Source: a virus
Lineage: Duplodnaviria > Caudoviricetes
DNA: 55,573 bases
Reading direction: 5' to 3' (one strand)
IMG/VR virus record: IMGVR_UViG_3300018083_000009
Coordinates: 1-55,573 of that record
Shown: in pieces, positions 1 to 10,077 of the stretch
How positions within the stretch are numbered: position 1 is the stretch's first letter
Layout: each line of letters opens with the position of its first letter
Notes under the pieces: generated by a model
The model's input: only the letters and a program-made list of their open reading frames with translations
What the model was told of the DNA's origin: nothing
Database searches by the model: none
Position numbers and translations under genes: made by a program

Positions 1-123
1 CGCGTGATCCAACAACCGCACTTGAAGTTGCAACGAAACAATACGTAGACGGAAAGGTTGGTGGCGTTGGTTATCTTCCGTTAACAGGTGGTAAATTAAC
101 TGGTCGTTTGAATGTCGATACTA
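1..123. repeat. 123-bp direct terminal overlap (identical to 55451-55573); circular assembly, unit genome ~55,450 bp
   Basis: Sequence 1-123 is identical to 55451-55573, and a reading frame continues through the join. Confidence 0.95.
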
Positions 124-1757
124 TTGCAGCAGTGGTATGGCCTATGGTATTTGAGGCTAATGGGGGACCGATTCCAGCATCAACTTTCGGAACCGCCATT
201 GGATTTAATGCAATCAATGGAGGTTGGGGTGCTGCGGACTTTGTAAACTTATATCCTTCCGCATATGGAAGTTTTCAATTTCATCAACTAACCGCTACCG
301 CTGGCGTGGTAAATACACTTGCAACGATTTATGCAACTGGCGTTATAGAAGTTACTTCAGCATTATTAAAACGTGATCCTACGACTGCACTTGAAGCAGC
401 AACCAAACAATATGCCGATACGAAATTATCTAAATCAGGTGGAGTTATTACTGGACCAACAACAATTCAAGGTGATCTTATTGTTTCTCCTGGGTCGTTA
501 TCGGTTACTTATGGCCTAACGTTTGGATTTAATGGTGCAGATTATTCCGCTGTCTATATGAATGCCAAGCCAAACACTAACCGAATTACATATTACCAGT
601 CAAATGGATCTACTCGTTGGCTTTATGGAACGGCTGCTGGGGCAGAGTCTGGCGGTAATGTAGGTTCTGATTTTTTTCTTTCCTCTTATACCGATGCTGG
701 AGCTAGTGGGGCAACAGCACTTTATTTTTCTCGCGCAACAGGTTTAGGATTCGTTGCTGGTGATCCTACCGCACCGATGGGTATCGCAACGAAACAATAT
801 GCCGATACAAAACTAAGTTTATCTGGTGGAACAGTTAATGGCAATTTAACTGTAACCGGATCTATTAATGCTTCTAGTGGAATAGTAAAAGCAATTTCCT
901 TAAATAATTGGGCATCTTTCGAATTATCAAAAAGTGCATCAGGACAACAAAATCAAATTCTCGCTTCTACAAATAATGTGTTACGTTGGATGGTTGCGCT
1001 AGGAGATACAACCGCTGAAACTGGTGCGAATGCTGGTTCTGATTTTGCCATTCATCGTTACGATGACGCAGGAAATTATCTTGGACGACCATTTTTTATT
1101 CAACGTTCTAATGGCTCAACTGTTATTGATGGCGGTTTAACTATTAATGGCTCAATCGTTGCGAATGGAATTGGTTTGAGTGGCACGACCAGTGTTTATC
1201 AGATGACAGCGGGAACCTTTTTAACAATATCCGGACAAACTGTTTTTAGTGCTTCTGCGAACATAATACTTAATGGTGGTGGAAGACCAACTTATAGTCA
1301 TGAATTTTATTGGGGCGCAACGAGACACATGATGATGGGTCAAGATAATAGTTTATATCTGGTTTATGGCACGGGATTGAAACCAGGCGGTGGCGCTTGG
1401 GCTGATAGTTCTGACAGCAGAATTAAAAACGTTACTGGTGATTACACTTTAGGATTGAATGAAATTTTAAATCTTAATCCGATACGATATACTTTTAAAG
1501 GTAACGATAAGCATGTCGCGGATCAACAGTTGTATCATCCTGATACGACTAAAGAATATATTGGTTTGTCCGCGCAAGAAGTAGAACCATACTTTCCCGA
1601 AATGGTTACGAGAAAGGAAGGGTTGATCGATGAAATACAGGTTGACGACTTGCGAGTCCTTGACCTATCTTCTTTACCGCTTGCATTGGTCAATGCGGTG
1701 AAAGAACTATACGCTCGTATAGTTACGATCGAAACACAACTTGCAACAAGGAGTTAA
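3..1757 (+). CDS. Tail fibre 1, C-terminal part (gene starts at 53305; ~1300 aa in total), with C-terminal peptidase S74-type intramolecular chaperone
   Basis: In frame with ATG 53305 across the circular join. Repeated DPT..AATKQY(V/A)D modules. C-terminal SDSRIKN...IGLSAQEV...LVNAVKEL is typical of S74 chaperone domains. Confidence 0.85.
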   Translation, partial: RDPTTALEVATKQYVDGKVGGVGYLPLTGGKLTGRLNVDTIAAVVWPMVFEANGGPIPASTFGTAIGFNAINGGWGAADFVNLYPSAYGSFQFHQLTATAGVVNTLATIYATGVIEVTSALLKRDPTTALEAATKQYADTKLSKSGGVITGPTTIQGDLIVSPGSLSVTYGLTFGFNGADYSAVYMNAKPNTNRITYYQSNGSTRWLYGTAAGAESGGNVGSDFFLSSYTDAGASGATALYFSRATGLGFVAGDPTAPMGIATKQYADTKLSLSGGTVNGNLTVTGSINASSGIVKAISLNNWASFELSKSASGQQNQILASTNNVLRWMVALGDTTAETGANAGSDFAIHRYDDAGNYLGRPFFIQRSNGSTVIDGGLTINGSIVANGIGLSGTTSVYQMTAGTFLTISGQTVFSASANIILNGGGRPTYSHEFYWGATRHMMMGQDNSLYLVYGTGLKPGGGAWADSSDSRIKNVTGDYTLGLNEILNLNPIRYTFKGNDKHVADQQLYHPDTTKEYIGLSAQEVEPYFPEMVTRKEGLIDEIQVDDLRVLDLSSLPLALVNAVKELYARIVTIETQLATRS

Positions 1758-1758
1758 C

Positions 1759-1956
1759 ATGGCTACGCTTAATGTTTCTATGCCGGAAGAAGAGTGGGTT
1801 AAAGTTCTTAACATGCTTGCAACGTTTCCGTTTAAGGATATCGCTTCAACAATGCAACAGATGCAACAGCAGTTGCAGATGCAAGTTGAACAAGCGAAAC
1901 AACAGCCTACAATGAAACAGCCCAATGGTGCCGAGGTTCATGCGCCAGGAGCGTAA
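1759..1956 (+). CDS. Small Gln-rich hypothetical protein between tail-fibre genes (possible fibre assembly factor)
   Basis: ATG 1759 preceded by AGGAG; position between two fibre genes. Confidence 0.55.
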   Translation: MATLNVSMPEEEWVKVLNMLATFPFKDIASTMQQMQQQLQMQVEQAKQQPTMKQPNGAEVHAPGA

Positions 1957-1961
1957 TTAAA

Positions 1962-4202
1962 ATGCCAAGTTCGATTGACATTACCAAACCGATATATGGC
2001 ACACCGACAACGCAATCAGTGCGTGATAATTTTCATATCGCGCGCGATGAAATAACTGATTTGCAAAATGTATCGACTGGTTTTGTCAATCGTTCTGGCG
2101 ACATAATGAGTGGTATGTTGACTCTCTTTGGTCCACCGGTGAATCAAAATGATGCAGCAACATTAGATTGGACGTTAAGACAACTTCATTCTTCAGTTAA
2201 TACATTAATATTTATCGGTGATTATGATGGCGCAAACAATATCATTTTGAGTTCGGGACAACCACAATTTGTAGTTGGACAACCATTACCTCCTGCTTCA
2301 CCTGTTACGAGTCAATATTATTTCGTAGTTAAATCAAGTCACGCACCTCCTGGCGTGGGGAACCAACCGGCAGAAGGAGTCACGCAAGGAACATTCTTGA
2401 TATCTAACGGAGTTGGTTGGATCAACTTCGCAATGACCGCAGCGGAAGTTATCGCGCAAACTGTTCCTGTTTCGCCAGCGATTCCAAACGTTCCGGGTGC
2501 AAACGTATATGATGCGCTTGCTAGTATTGGTCAGAACGCTCTATTCAAAACAGGTGGAACTTTAACCGGCGATTTAATTTTAAATCGTAACCCTGTTGTT
2601 CCAATGGGTGCGGCAACGAAACAGTATGTTGATGTAATGATCTTAGCTGGTGCTGGTATTGGCGAAGCGCCGAACTTGCCATGGTCTTATGCAAGACAAT
2701 TAGGTAACTGGACTAATACGCCAACGTTTAGCAAACTAAGTTTAACCAATAGCGCCAATACTCAATTCGTTATTAATTCGACTGATAGTTTTGCTAGTCA
2801 AATCATTGGAACTAAACTTGAAGTTAATCGTTGGGCTTTAGAACTAGGCGGAACATCTACTGGCGCAAACTTTAATATCTTTCGTTACAATGATGCTGGC
2901 GCATTATTAGATGGTGCACCAGTGCTTTCTATTGATCGTGCTACTGGTAATACAACGTTGCGACATCATTTATATATCGATCCGTTAATTTCTACCGAAG
3001 CACATCTTTACGGTCGTGGACCAAACAATCCGACCAATGCTTTATCCGATACGTTAAATATTTATTCCAGAAATGGAATAGTTAGTTCTGTTATCGGATT
3101 AAGAGGACCAACGTATACGCCTAATCCGAATGGCTTTGAAATCTATACTGGCGCAGCGAATATTAATTGGAAGTTTGATCAAGCCGGAAACTTAGTGACT
3201 CCGGGAAACATTTATATTCCCGAATCGAAAGCGGTTGTATTTTCTAACGATTCAACTATTGTTAAATCCGCTGGCAATTGGGTCTTTACTGGCAACCCTG
3301 ATTGGCGTTTTTGGTTTGAAGCTGGAACGGGAATTTGGCGTTGGGAGGGCTATCCGAATTTTGCATTGAAGATGCAAATTGATGGTAGCGGAATCCTATG
3401 GACGCTTGGACAAATTTCTGTTGGTGGCAACGGAGTCGCATATAGGGGATTTAGTAATAACGCACATGCTTTCGGTTGGAATGGAAACTTAAATTGTTAT
3501 GTTAACGGAACTTATATTGGTGACGCTGCTTTAACTAGTTGGGTTAATACTTATTTCGCAACTTATAGTTGGGTTAACGCAAACTTTCTTCTTTTATCAG
3601 GCGGAACGATTACTGGTGGGTTAACCGTTAATGGAAATCTTTATGGAGCAAATCTTTATGCTCGTGGTGGTAGTTCTGCTATAGCATCGGGTGGCAGTGG
3701 AGTCCTCATTCAATTTAATCCGGGATGGTATTGGGATTGGGCCGCTGCGTCTGGAACTTTAATTTGGATGAATGGTGATTATGGAATCTTTTGGGTTAAC
3801 CATGCAAATCTGTCGGCTTATAACAATTTAGGTTGGACTGGTGGGCGTGGCGCTTATCAGGATTTTTCTGATGAAAGGTCGAAACAAAATATCAGATCGA
3901 CCGAGATAGGTTTAACTGAAATATTACAATTGAAACCCATAAGTTTTAACCGGATGATTCCAAAGAAAGATGTTATGGTAATGAGTGAAAGAAATGAAAT
4001 TGGTTTCTCCGCTAATCAGGTTCAACAAATCATTCCGGAAGCGGTTGTTCCATTTGGCGCTATGGACTCTACTGGTAAAGATGATTTGGATAGTGAAAGT
4101 CCAATGCTTAGTTATGCAACGACTCCCATTGTTGCCGCACTGGTCAATGCGGTAAAAGAACTAAAAGCCGAAATAGAACTGTTGAAAGGAAGATCGTCAT
4201 GA
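1962..4202 (+). CDS. Tail fibre 2 with C-terminal S74-type chaperone
   Basis: N-terminus MPSSIDITKPIYGTPTTQSVRDNF is nearly identical to that of fibre 1; AATKQYVD module; SDERSK...IGFSANQV...LVNAVKEL C-terminus. Confidence 0.85.
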   Translation: MPSSIDITKPIYGTPTTQSVRDNFHIARDEITDLQNVSTGFVNRSGDIMSGMLTLFGPPVNQNDAATLDWTLRQLHSSVNTLIFIGDYDGANNIILSSGQPQFVVGQPLPPASPVTSQYYFVVKSSHAPPGVGNQPAEGVTQGTFLISNGVGWINFAMTAAEVIAQTVPVSPAIPNVPGANVYDALASIGQNALFKTGGTLTGDLILNRNPVVPMGAATKQYVDVMILAGAGIGEAPNLPWSYARQLGNWTNTPTFSKLSLTNSANTQFVINSTDSFASQIIGTKLEVNRWALELGGTSTGANFNIFRYNDAGALLDGAPVLSIDRATGNTTLRHHLYIDPLISTEAHLYGRGPNNPTNALSDTLNIYSRNGIVSSVIGLRGPTYTPNPNGFEIYTGAANINWKFDQAGNLVTPGNIYIPESKAVVFSNDSTIVKSAGNWVFTGNPDWRFWFEAGTGIWRWEGYPNFALKMQIDGSGILWTLGQISVGGNGVAYRGFSNNAHAFGWNGNLNCYVNGTYIGDAALTSWVNTYFATYSWVNANFLLLSGGTITGGLTVNGNLYGANLYARGGSSAIASGGSGVLIQFNPGWYWDWAAASGTLIWMNGDYGIFWVNHANLSAYNNLGWTGGRGAYQDFSDERSKQNIRSTEIGLTEILQLKPISFNRMIPKKDVMVMSERNEIGFSANQVQQIIPEAVVPFGAMDSTGKDDLDSESPMLSYATTPIVAALVNAVKELKAEIELLKGRSS

Positions 4203-4366
4203 CTGTTCTACTTATAATAATTCTGATCTTAATAATATTTGGTGGGGGATATGGTTTGCGATCCGGAACTATAACCCATTGGGGTGATCCAATAGGACTC
4301 ATTCTTCTTGTGTTATTGATCGTTGTTATCTTTAGTTTGGTTGGCTATCCTTATTTGTATCGTTAA
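4199..4366 (+). CDS. Small two-TM membrane protein (55 aa, DUF3309-like), not in ORF track
   Basis: Manual translation MTVLLIIILILIIFGGGYGLRSGTITHWGDPIGLILLVLLIVVIFSLVGYPYLYR; ATGA overlap with the upstream stop. Confidence 0.65.
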   Translation: MTVLLIIILILIIFGGGYGLRSGTITHWGDPIGLILLVLLIVVIFSLVGYPYLYR

Positions 4367-4370
4367 GAAC

Positions 4371-4550
4371 ATGCAAGAAAAATCAATCGTCTACTTCATC
4401 GTTGCTTATCTGGCGTGTTGGCTTGTCGATCTAATTATTATTGTCGCAAGAGGACCAGTTTTAATCGACCCCATTTTGAAACTAATTATTGTTTTGGTTT
4501 GTTTGATCGTCATACTGATCGGCTTAGGTAAAGCACGCTGGTTGCTCTAA
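4371..4550 (+). CDS. Small two-TM membrane protein (holin candidate)
   Basis: Two hydrophobic stretches and a basic C-terminus; likely start MQEKS at 4371. Confidence 0.55.
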   Translation: MQEKSIVYFIVAYLACWLVDLIIIVARGPVLIDPILKLIIVLVCLIVILIGLGKARWLL

Positions 4551-4565
4551 CAAAGGACAAAACAA

Positions 4566-5618
4566 ATGCCTTCATGGTTCGATCGTTTTGGTGAAGAATG
4601 GGCTACTACTGGTTTAACAGATGATCCGACTAATGCACAAGCAGATGCCGGTTGGGCTTACATTGGACAAGCGCCACCTACTGTTGAACAATTCAATTCG
4701 ATGTTTCAATGGTCGGATGACAAAGACAATTGGCTCTATGGTCAGATTGGTAACGTAATCGCATCGGCAAATATGTTGCCAGACCCACTTGATTTGACTC
4801 AGTTGCTGCGAGCAATTAATTCTAAGTTCAAAATTAAATTGACTGCGCCTTATACTATATGGGCTGATTCAATTAATGGTAACGATAGCAATTTGGTTCC
4901 TAATCAGGGAACACCATTTAGAACGATTCAGAAATCAATTGATTGGGCGCTAGAGAATATTGAACCAGCGCATCAATGGGTTTATATTCAATTGCAACCC
5001 GGAACATATGAACCGGCAGTTTTAAGTGTTAGTTGGAATGGTGGACTTTTAATTCAAGGTGATACGTTAAATCCTCGAAACTATTTAATTAAAAATACCA
5101 ATGGTGGAGCATTAACGGCAGCATATTCCGCATGGTTTGCCGTGCAAGGAGTTTCTATAGAAGCGATTGGTCCTGATGTTGATTATGAATCTAACGGCAG
5201 CGGACTCAATGGCATTAATGCCGGAATCATTATTTATAAAGATGTTGCTTTTGGTCCATGTTCGCAATCACAAATGGGTGCATGGTCAGCTGGTCAAGTT
5301 TATTCATGGGGACCTAATATCAATTATTCTATTTACGGAAACGCAAGAATGCATATGATGTCTTATGTTGGTGGTATTTGCACTAATGTAAGAACACACG
5401 TAACGATTACAAATAACCCAATATATAGCTTAGGTTTTTCTTGTTGCACCACTGCTGGTTATATTCAAGCATGGGGTTCAACTTATACCGGAACTACAAG
5501 GGGACCGCGTGCTTATGCCGCCGCGTATGGAATCCAAAATCTGGCCGGAGTTTCACCAGATGTATTGTTTCCTGGTGATGCGCCAGCGCAAACCTTTAGC
5601 GGTGGCCTTTATACTTAA
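4566..5618 (+). CDS. Third tail fibre/receptor-binding protein, possibly with a beta-helix C-terminal domain
   Basis: N-terminal GWAYIGQAPPTVEQFN..DLTQLLRAI resembles baseplate-attachment domains; GNDSN..TPFRTIQK..IQLQPGTY resembles the start of a pectin-lyase-like fold. Confidence 0.65.
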   Translation: MPSWFDRFGEEWATTGLTDDPTNAQADAGWAYIGQAPPTVEQFNSMFQWSDDKDNWLYGQIGNVIASANMLPDPLDLTQLLRAINSKFKIKLTAPYTIWADSINGNDSNLVPNQGTPFRTIQKSIDWALENIEPAHQWVYIQLQPGTYEPAVLSVSWNGGLLIQGDTLNPRNYLIKNTNGGALTAAYSAWFAVQGVSIEAIGPDVDYESNGSGLNGINAGIIIYKDVAFGPCSQSQMGAWSAGQVYSWGPNINYSIYGNARMHMMSYVGGICTNVRTHVTITNNPIYSLGFSCCTTAGYIQAWGSTYTGTTRGPRAYAAAYGIQNLAGVSPDVLFPGDAPAQTFSGGLYT

Positions 5619-5635
5619 CAACAGGAGCGAAACAA

Positions 5636-5953
5636 ATGGGTGAGTTCACTGATCAAATGCGACACAAGTCATCGTTACTGGTAGAGAAAGAAATTGAAGA
5701 TGCCAGAAAAGAAAATCGCCCATTCATTCCGGCTTTGGTATTAGCTATTGGAACGTCTGTTAATCAAGACAAATGGATTGGTGATGCATTGCAACAAGCG
5801 CAAGAGGACAAAGAAATAGCACTTGGCAGGAGACCGCCAAGAATAGTTGTGCAACCGAATCCAGCTGTTTCAATATGGCAATCGGTTTGGAAGACGGCGC
5901 ACATGAATAACAATAGGGAACTCGGGCCAGGAGACCTTAGTAAAAAGAAATGA
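5636..5953 (+). CDS. Hypothetical protein
   Basis: ORF with AGGAG RBS in the operon. Confidence 0.6.
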   Translation: MGEFTDQMRHKSSLLVEKEIEDARKENRPFIPALVLAIGTSVNQDKWIGDALQQAQEDKEIALGRRPPRIVVQPNPAVSIWQSVWKTAHMNNNRELGPGDLSKKK

Positions 5954-6189
5954 TTCTCCTGGCACTGATATTTATTTCGGGAGTTGAGTTTATTGAATTG
6001 CATGGTCCAGATGGACAGCGTGCATTTTTAAATCCGCGGGCGATCAGTAGTTTACGCGAGCCGGTCAATCCAGACTTAAAACATTTTGCTAAAAGCGTGC
6101 ATTGCGTTGTGGTGACTACCAACGGAAAGTTTATTGCGGTAGTGGAAACCTGCCAAGAGATTCGTGATACGCTTGGGAAGAAGCCGTGA
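5950..6189 (+). CDS. Hypothetical protein, last gene of the late operon
   Basis: ATGA overlap with the upstream gene; hydrophobic N-terminus. Confidence 0.55.
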   Translation: MILLALIFISGVEFIELHGPDGQRAFLNPRAISSLREPVNPDLKHFAKSVHCVVVTTNGKFIAVVETCQEIRDTLGKKP

Positions 6190-6284
6190 TCCTGGAAACG
6201 TTGCAACTTCAAACCAGAAATTAAATTTAACTTTTTTTGCTTTATGTCAAATTCAAAACGCATGACTTTTGCACAAAAGAAGAC

Positions 6285-6330
6285 AAAAAAATCCCGGTAG
6301 ACGCGCTGTGTCTGCGTTGGTCTACCGGGT
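6285..6330 (-). terminator. Intrinsic terminator ending the leftward early operon
   Basis: CCCGGTAGAC...GTCTACCGGG stem followed by a T-run on the minus strand; lies where the two operons converge. Confidence 0.7.
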
Positions 6331-6362
6331 TGGCGAGGGATTCCATTGTTCCTTTCTGGTAA

Positions 6363-7382
6363 CTATTCTTTGATCGTATAATGTGACCGATGCGAAACGA
6401 AAGCATTTCGCATTTCTTCAGTTGCATTCACTAATGTATCGCGAATGAAACTTTTCTCACCGGTCTGGTAATGACGCCAGTGACCGATCCGCATATGCGG
6501 AATCGGACTGGCATGATGACCGCCTTGCGAGTCTTTGTTCCGCTCCTGGCGACGTTGGATTGCGGTTACATAGCCGGAACTATCAACTCGCCTGTAAGGC
6601 GGTATGCGAGACTTGCCACGTTTCATGCGCGCCTTGTTTAGACTCTCTTTAACCGTAACAATTTGAGTCTCGACGCCGCGCGTATTTAGTATTGAAAGCG
6701 CAACCATTAACGGCTCCAAAACATTTGATGCCGCTAAATCCATCATGCGTTTTTCGTTCCATTCCATTTTGTCAAACGGATCTTTATCCTTTACGCTATA
6801 GAAACGCATTGCGAATGGAATGACATTCAAGGTAGCATTCCTATCTCGCAACGATTCTGTCGCGAGAAAAGAAATGCGATTGCCAACAGTTAAACAATTG
6901 CCAACCGATTCGAGTCTGGTTCCTTCAAGTTCAACCGCTTCGAAGTCGATACAAATACCGTCACCAGAATTTGGAAACGGATTTATAAGATACGCATTCG
7001 TTACGACTTTTCTCAGTTCCAGAGACGGATTCTTTTCATCGCTCCAACTATGCAAGAAAATATATGGAGTCCGAAACGGATGTGCCATTGCGCCTTCAGA
7101 ATAAAGACGACCAACACGATGCGAAGTTTGTTTAATCATATCGTTAGGCCAATGACCAAAGTCGATCATTTGCCCACGATTGATTGCTTCTCGTAACATT
7201 TCAGCCATATGATTCAATTCTTGACTCGTTGGCATATAGGAATGATCTAATCCCGGTCCAGATGTAAGAGCATTACGCTCCGATATTTCGCGGAGTCGTT
7301 CTGGAGTCAGTATGAGACTTTCACTTTCACCAACCTCGATTCCGAATTGATCGTTACCGAGTGGTATTACTACATCTTCCAT
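6363..7382 (-). CDS. Conserved-type phage hypothetical protein (C-terminal HASP.PH.R.GHWR motif)
   Basis: 339-aa ORF with strong RBS; His/Arg-rich motif seen in phage proteins of unknown function. Confidence 0.7.
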   Translation of the reverse strand: MEDVVIPLGNDQFGIEVGESESLILTPERLREISERNALTSGPGLDHSYMPTSQELNHMAEMLREAINRGQMIDFGHWPNDMIKQTSHRVGRLYSEGAMAHPFRTPYIFLHSWSDEKNPSLELRKVVTNAYLINPFPNSGDGICIDFEAVELEGTRLESVGNCLTVGNRISFLATESLRDRNATLNVIPFAMRFYSVKDKDPFDKMEWNEKRMMDLAASNVLEPLMVALSILNTRGVETQIVTVKESLNKARMKRGKSRIPPYRRVDSSGYVTAIQRRQERNKDSQGGHHASPIPHMRIGHWRHYQTGEKSFIRDTLVNATEEMRNAFVSHRSHYTIKE

Positions 7383-7467
7383 TATTCCATTCCTTTCAGT
7401 TTCAGTTTCAGTCTAGCGTTCTGCTAGTGAAATGAGTTTAAATTTAAACTCATTCCATTAAGAGAAG

Positions 7468-8010
7468 CTATTTACTTTCGAACTTATAATGACCAATCGG
7501 ATCGTCAACCGCCATGAACGTTAAGGATTCGTATCCATCGGCAGGCATTAACTGACAGTTATACACGTTACCATCGCGATACAATAACGCCTTCTTGGTT
7601 TGTGGTCTGATGACCCTTATCTCTTTAGTCATCGGCAGCACCAGCAATTGATTCGTTATTGTATCAAGATATGGTTGGGCTTTGGCAGGGTCAAAGATAA
7701 TTACGGTAAACGATACCGTTGCATCATCGTCTTGATATGGCGTTATCAAGATGCCACATTGTTTCGGTTGCCAATCATCTAAACCCCAACCCGCTTTCCA
7801 CATACATTGATATGTCGAACAGGCAACGGGTTTACTATGTTGGATACCGCAACGTTTATCAAGATATGCTGGACCGCGTAGATGCTTGCATTTCGCGCCG
7901 GTATATTTCTTTAATTCATCGATACCAAGCCAAACGCAACATGCGGTGCATGATCCACATTGACGATTCGTTACCTGTTCGAACGGAATCTGTTCGATAC
8001 GCTTTTCCAT
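7468..8010 (-). CDS. CxxCxxCC (YkgJ-like) Zn/Fe-S cluster protein
   Basis: RQCGSCTACC...C..L....C.I...KP.AC..YQC pattern. Confidence 0.7.
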   Translation of the reverse strand: MEKRIEQIPFEQVTNRQCGSCTACCVWLGIDELKKYTGAKCKHLRGPAYLDKRCGIQHSKPVACSTYQCMWKAGWGLDDWQPKQCGILITPYQDDDATVSFTVIIFDPAKAQPYLDTITNQLLVLPMTKEIRVIRPQTKKALLYRDGNVYNCQLMPADGYESLTFMAVDDPIGHYKFESK

Positions 8011-8097
8011 TGTCCTATCATTCCTTTCGTTTCGTTTCTAGAACGGTGTTCTAGTGAAACCTGGCGGATCACCCGCCAGGAGACATTAAGACAACGT

Positions 8098-8292
8098 TTA
8101 ATAACCCCAACCACGTTCGTCTGCATCAGCGCAACGATTACAGATTACGTAATCAGGTCGAAGTCTGACTTTTCTTTCACAACGTAAACATTTCTTCCAC
8201 ACAGAAGTTCGTTGCACTTCCTTATAGAACTCAACGTCCTCTTCCGATTCGATCTTGTAGTGGCCAAAGTTGTCATCATAGTAAGTTGGCAT
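8098..8292 (-). CDS. Small Zn-ribbon hypothetical protein
   Basis: CLRC...CNRC pairs; likely start MPTYY. Confidence 0.6.
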   Translation of the reverse strand: MPTYYDDNFGHYKIESEEDVEFYKEVQRTSVWKKCLRCERKVRLRPDYVICNRCADADERGWGY

Positions 8293-8293
8293 G

Positions 8294-8512
8294 TTATTCG
8301 CTCCTGTAACCATGAAGCTGTTGCACAATCTGTTTGATATGTTTGTTCATCGAATCCAAAACAAACTTTTCATTCGGTTGTCCAACCTTCATCAAATGGC
8401 GAACGACTAATAACTCGATAAGTTTTTGTTGCGTGACTGGATCGTATTTCTCCAACAAGAGACTCAATCGATCTAGAAACGGTAACAGTTCTTCGCCTAA
8501 CGTTACAGTCAT
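8294..8512 (-). CDS. Hypothetical protein
   Basis: ORF tightly packed in the early array. Confidence 0.55.
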   Translation of the reverse strand: MTVTLGEELLPFLDRLSLLLEKYDPVTQQKLIELLVVRHLMKVGQPNEKFVLDSMNKHIKQIVQQLHGYRSE

Positions 8513-8692
8513 TTAGTTACACCTTTTGATTCGTTGGCCCATTGTCGTTTTGTAACTTACGCAACGGATAATCTTTCCGTTATCATCGCGAATTACAGAA
8601 TGACGATAACCAAACGTATCGGTTCGACTCGTTTCGTTATAGGACCAAGCTACTCCTGGCGTCATCACCAGGAGAACCAGCAACCATTTCAT
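8513..8692 (-). CDS. Small secreted hypothetical protein
   Basis: Likely start MKWLLVLLVMTPGVAWS (signal-peptide-like) after an AAAGGA RBS. Confidence 0.55.
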   Translation of the reverse strand: MKWLLVLLVMTPGVAWSYNETSRTDTFGYRHSVIRDDNGKIIRCVSYKTTMGQRIKRCN

Positions 8693-8790
8693 TTCATTGT
8701 CCTTTACAGTTTGAAGTTTAGGCCCGAGACGCAACCTTGCGCTCGTGAAACTAGCTTGCAAGCAAGCTAGTTCCAAGAAAGCAACGTTAG

Positions 8791-9174
8791 TTATACGTTG
8801 TTGTCCTCTTGTTTCGAGTGCAATACAAAATAACGTGGCGAATCATACGCGACTTTTCCTTCCGACCTCAGAATGGATAGTCGTGATGATGCCGTTCCTA
8901 TCGGTAGTTCTGCTACCTTAGCAAGTTCCCTGCCGGTCAACCCATCTTTACCAGCTGCTTCTAACGCCAGCATTACTTGTTGGGTCGCAACAGAAGCAGA
9001 CCGTTTGCGTTTGTGCTTGTCAGGACCACGCGGTTTCATCATTGGCTTAGATGCTGGCATCTTAACCAACATTTCACCGTAGACTTCGTAACGAATTTGC
9101 AACCTTGCAATCTCTTGTAAGAGATGATCTCGTTGCTCATGTAACCATTTCACTAAAGCATCGTATTCCATCAC
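8791..9174 (-). CDS. Winged-helix DNA-binding protein
   Basis: N-terminal coiled coil, basic linker, GLTGRELAKVAELPIGTASSRLSILRSEGKV wHTH pattern. Confidence 0.7.
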   Translation of the reverse strand: MMEYDALVKWLHEQRDHLLQEIARLQIRYEVYGEMLVKMPASKPMMKPRGPDKHKRKRSASVATQQVMLALEAAGKDGLTGRELAKVAELPIGTASSRLSILRSEGKVAYDSPRYFVLHSKQEDNNV

Positions 9175-9344
9175 TCTGACTCCTCAATCGGTTCATCCGA
9201 CCAGTAGTTAGAGTCCTCAAAGATATCGGCACGATAACGGCTTTTCTTTTCGAGTTCGCATTCATCGCAAACGTAGGTGCAGAAAATTCCCCTTGCATCA
9301 TACAAGGGAAAACGGATCATTCCGCTTCCACAAATACACTCCAT
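9171..9344 (-). CDS. Small Cys-containing hypothetical protein (57 aa), not in ORF track
   Basis: Manual translation MECICGSG...CTYVCDEC...; preceded by the conserved GAAAGGAATGGAATAATG RBS. Confidence 0.65.
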   Translation of the reverse strand: MECICGSGMIRFPLYDARGIFCTYVCDECELEKKSRYRADIFEDSNYWSDEPIEESE

Positions 9345-9433
9345 TATTCCATTCCTTTCCAGTTCGATTCGGTTGTCTAACAGAACGGTCTGTTAGTAAA
9401 ATGAGTGTGAACACTCATTTCATTAATAGAACG

Positions 9434-9754
9434 TCAGTCGCGTCCATCCTTTAGCATTTGGATTCTCTCTTCAAGCAAAACGATTTGTTGCTTTAACACA
9501 GTTGAAATTTCGACTTGTTGTTTCCACAACATTTGAAACCGTTGCACGCCCAATAGAAGAGCGGCATCGTTTTCAATCGCTACACTAACGAATTGACTAA
9601 AAAGTTTTCGTTCCTTTTTAGTCCATCGTGGATTGCCAGTTTCTAATCTTTCGATTAGTTCAAACAGCCCGTCAACAAAATCATTCGTCTCGCTAGCTAA
9701 AAAATCAGCAAATTTGCTGATCCTTTTGTGACGTTCCGTTTCGTCATCCATCAT
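9434..9754 (-). CDS. Hypothetical protein
   Basis: ORF with the conserved RBS repeat. Confidence 0.65.
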   Translation of the reverse strand: MMDDETERHKRISKFADFLASETNDFVDGLFELIERLETGNPRWTKKERKLFSQFVSVAIENDAALLLGVQRFQMLWKQQVEISTVLKQQIVLLEERIQMLKDGRD

Positions 9755-9847
9755 TCCATTCCTTTCAAGTTCGTTTCACTTAGGCTCCAACTTGCGTTGG
9801 TGCTTGCTCCTGGCGAGTTACCGCCAGGAGCCTGCATAAAAGCAAGT

Positions 9848-10077
9848 TTATTTCATAGTATCAAGGATATTCAACGCTCGTTTTAATGCTTCCGTCCACT
9901 CAATGTTGCCATGACACAACCATTTCGTTTCAGAGTTAACACGAGGTTGGAAAACCCATGCGCCATCTTTTTGATACAGTATCGCATCGTCATAATCCTT
10001 TTCAGCATCATAACGATATTCAATCGAAAACAGCTTGTCTTCGACCTGAGATTGAACTTGCAACCACATTGGTTTAG
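9848..10077 (-). CDS. Hypothetical protein (start uncertain)
   Basis: ORF fills the gap between 10074 and the hairpin element at 9850. Confidence 0.5.

Noticed and set aside
1-5618. Diversity-generating retroelement or invertible tail-fibre cassette
   Set aside because: No reverse transcriptase or invertase, and no template/variable repeat pair with adenine-specific differences was seen.
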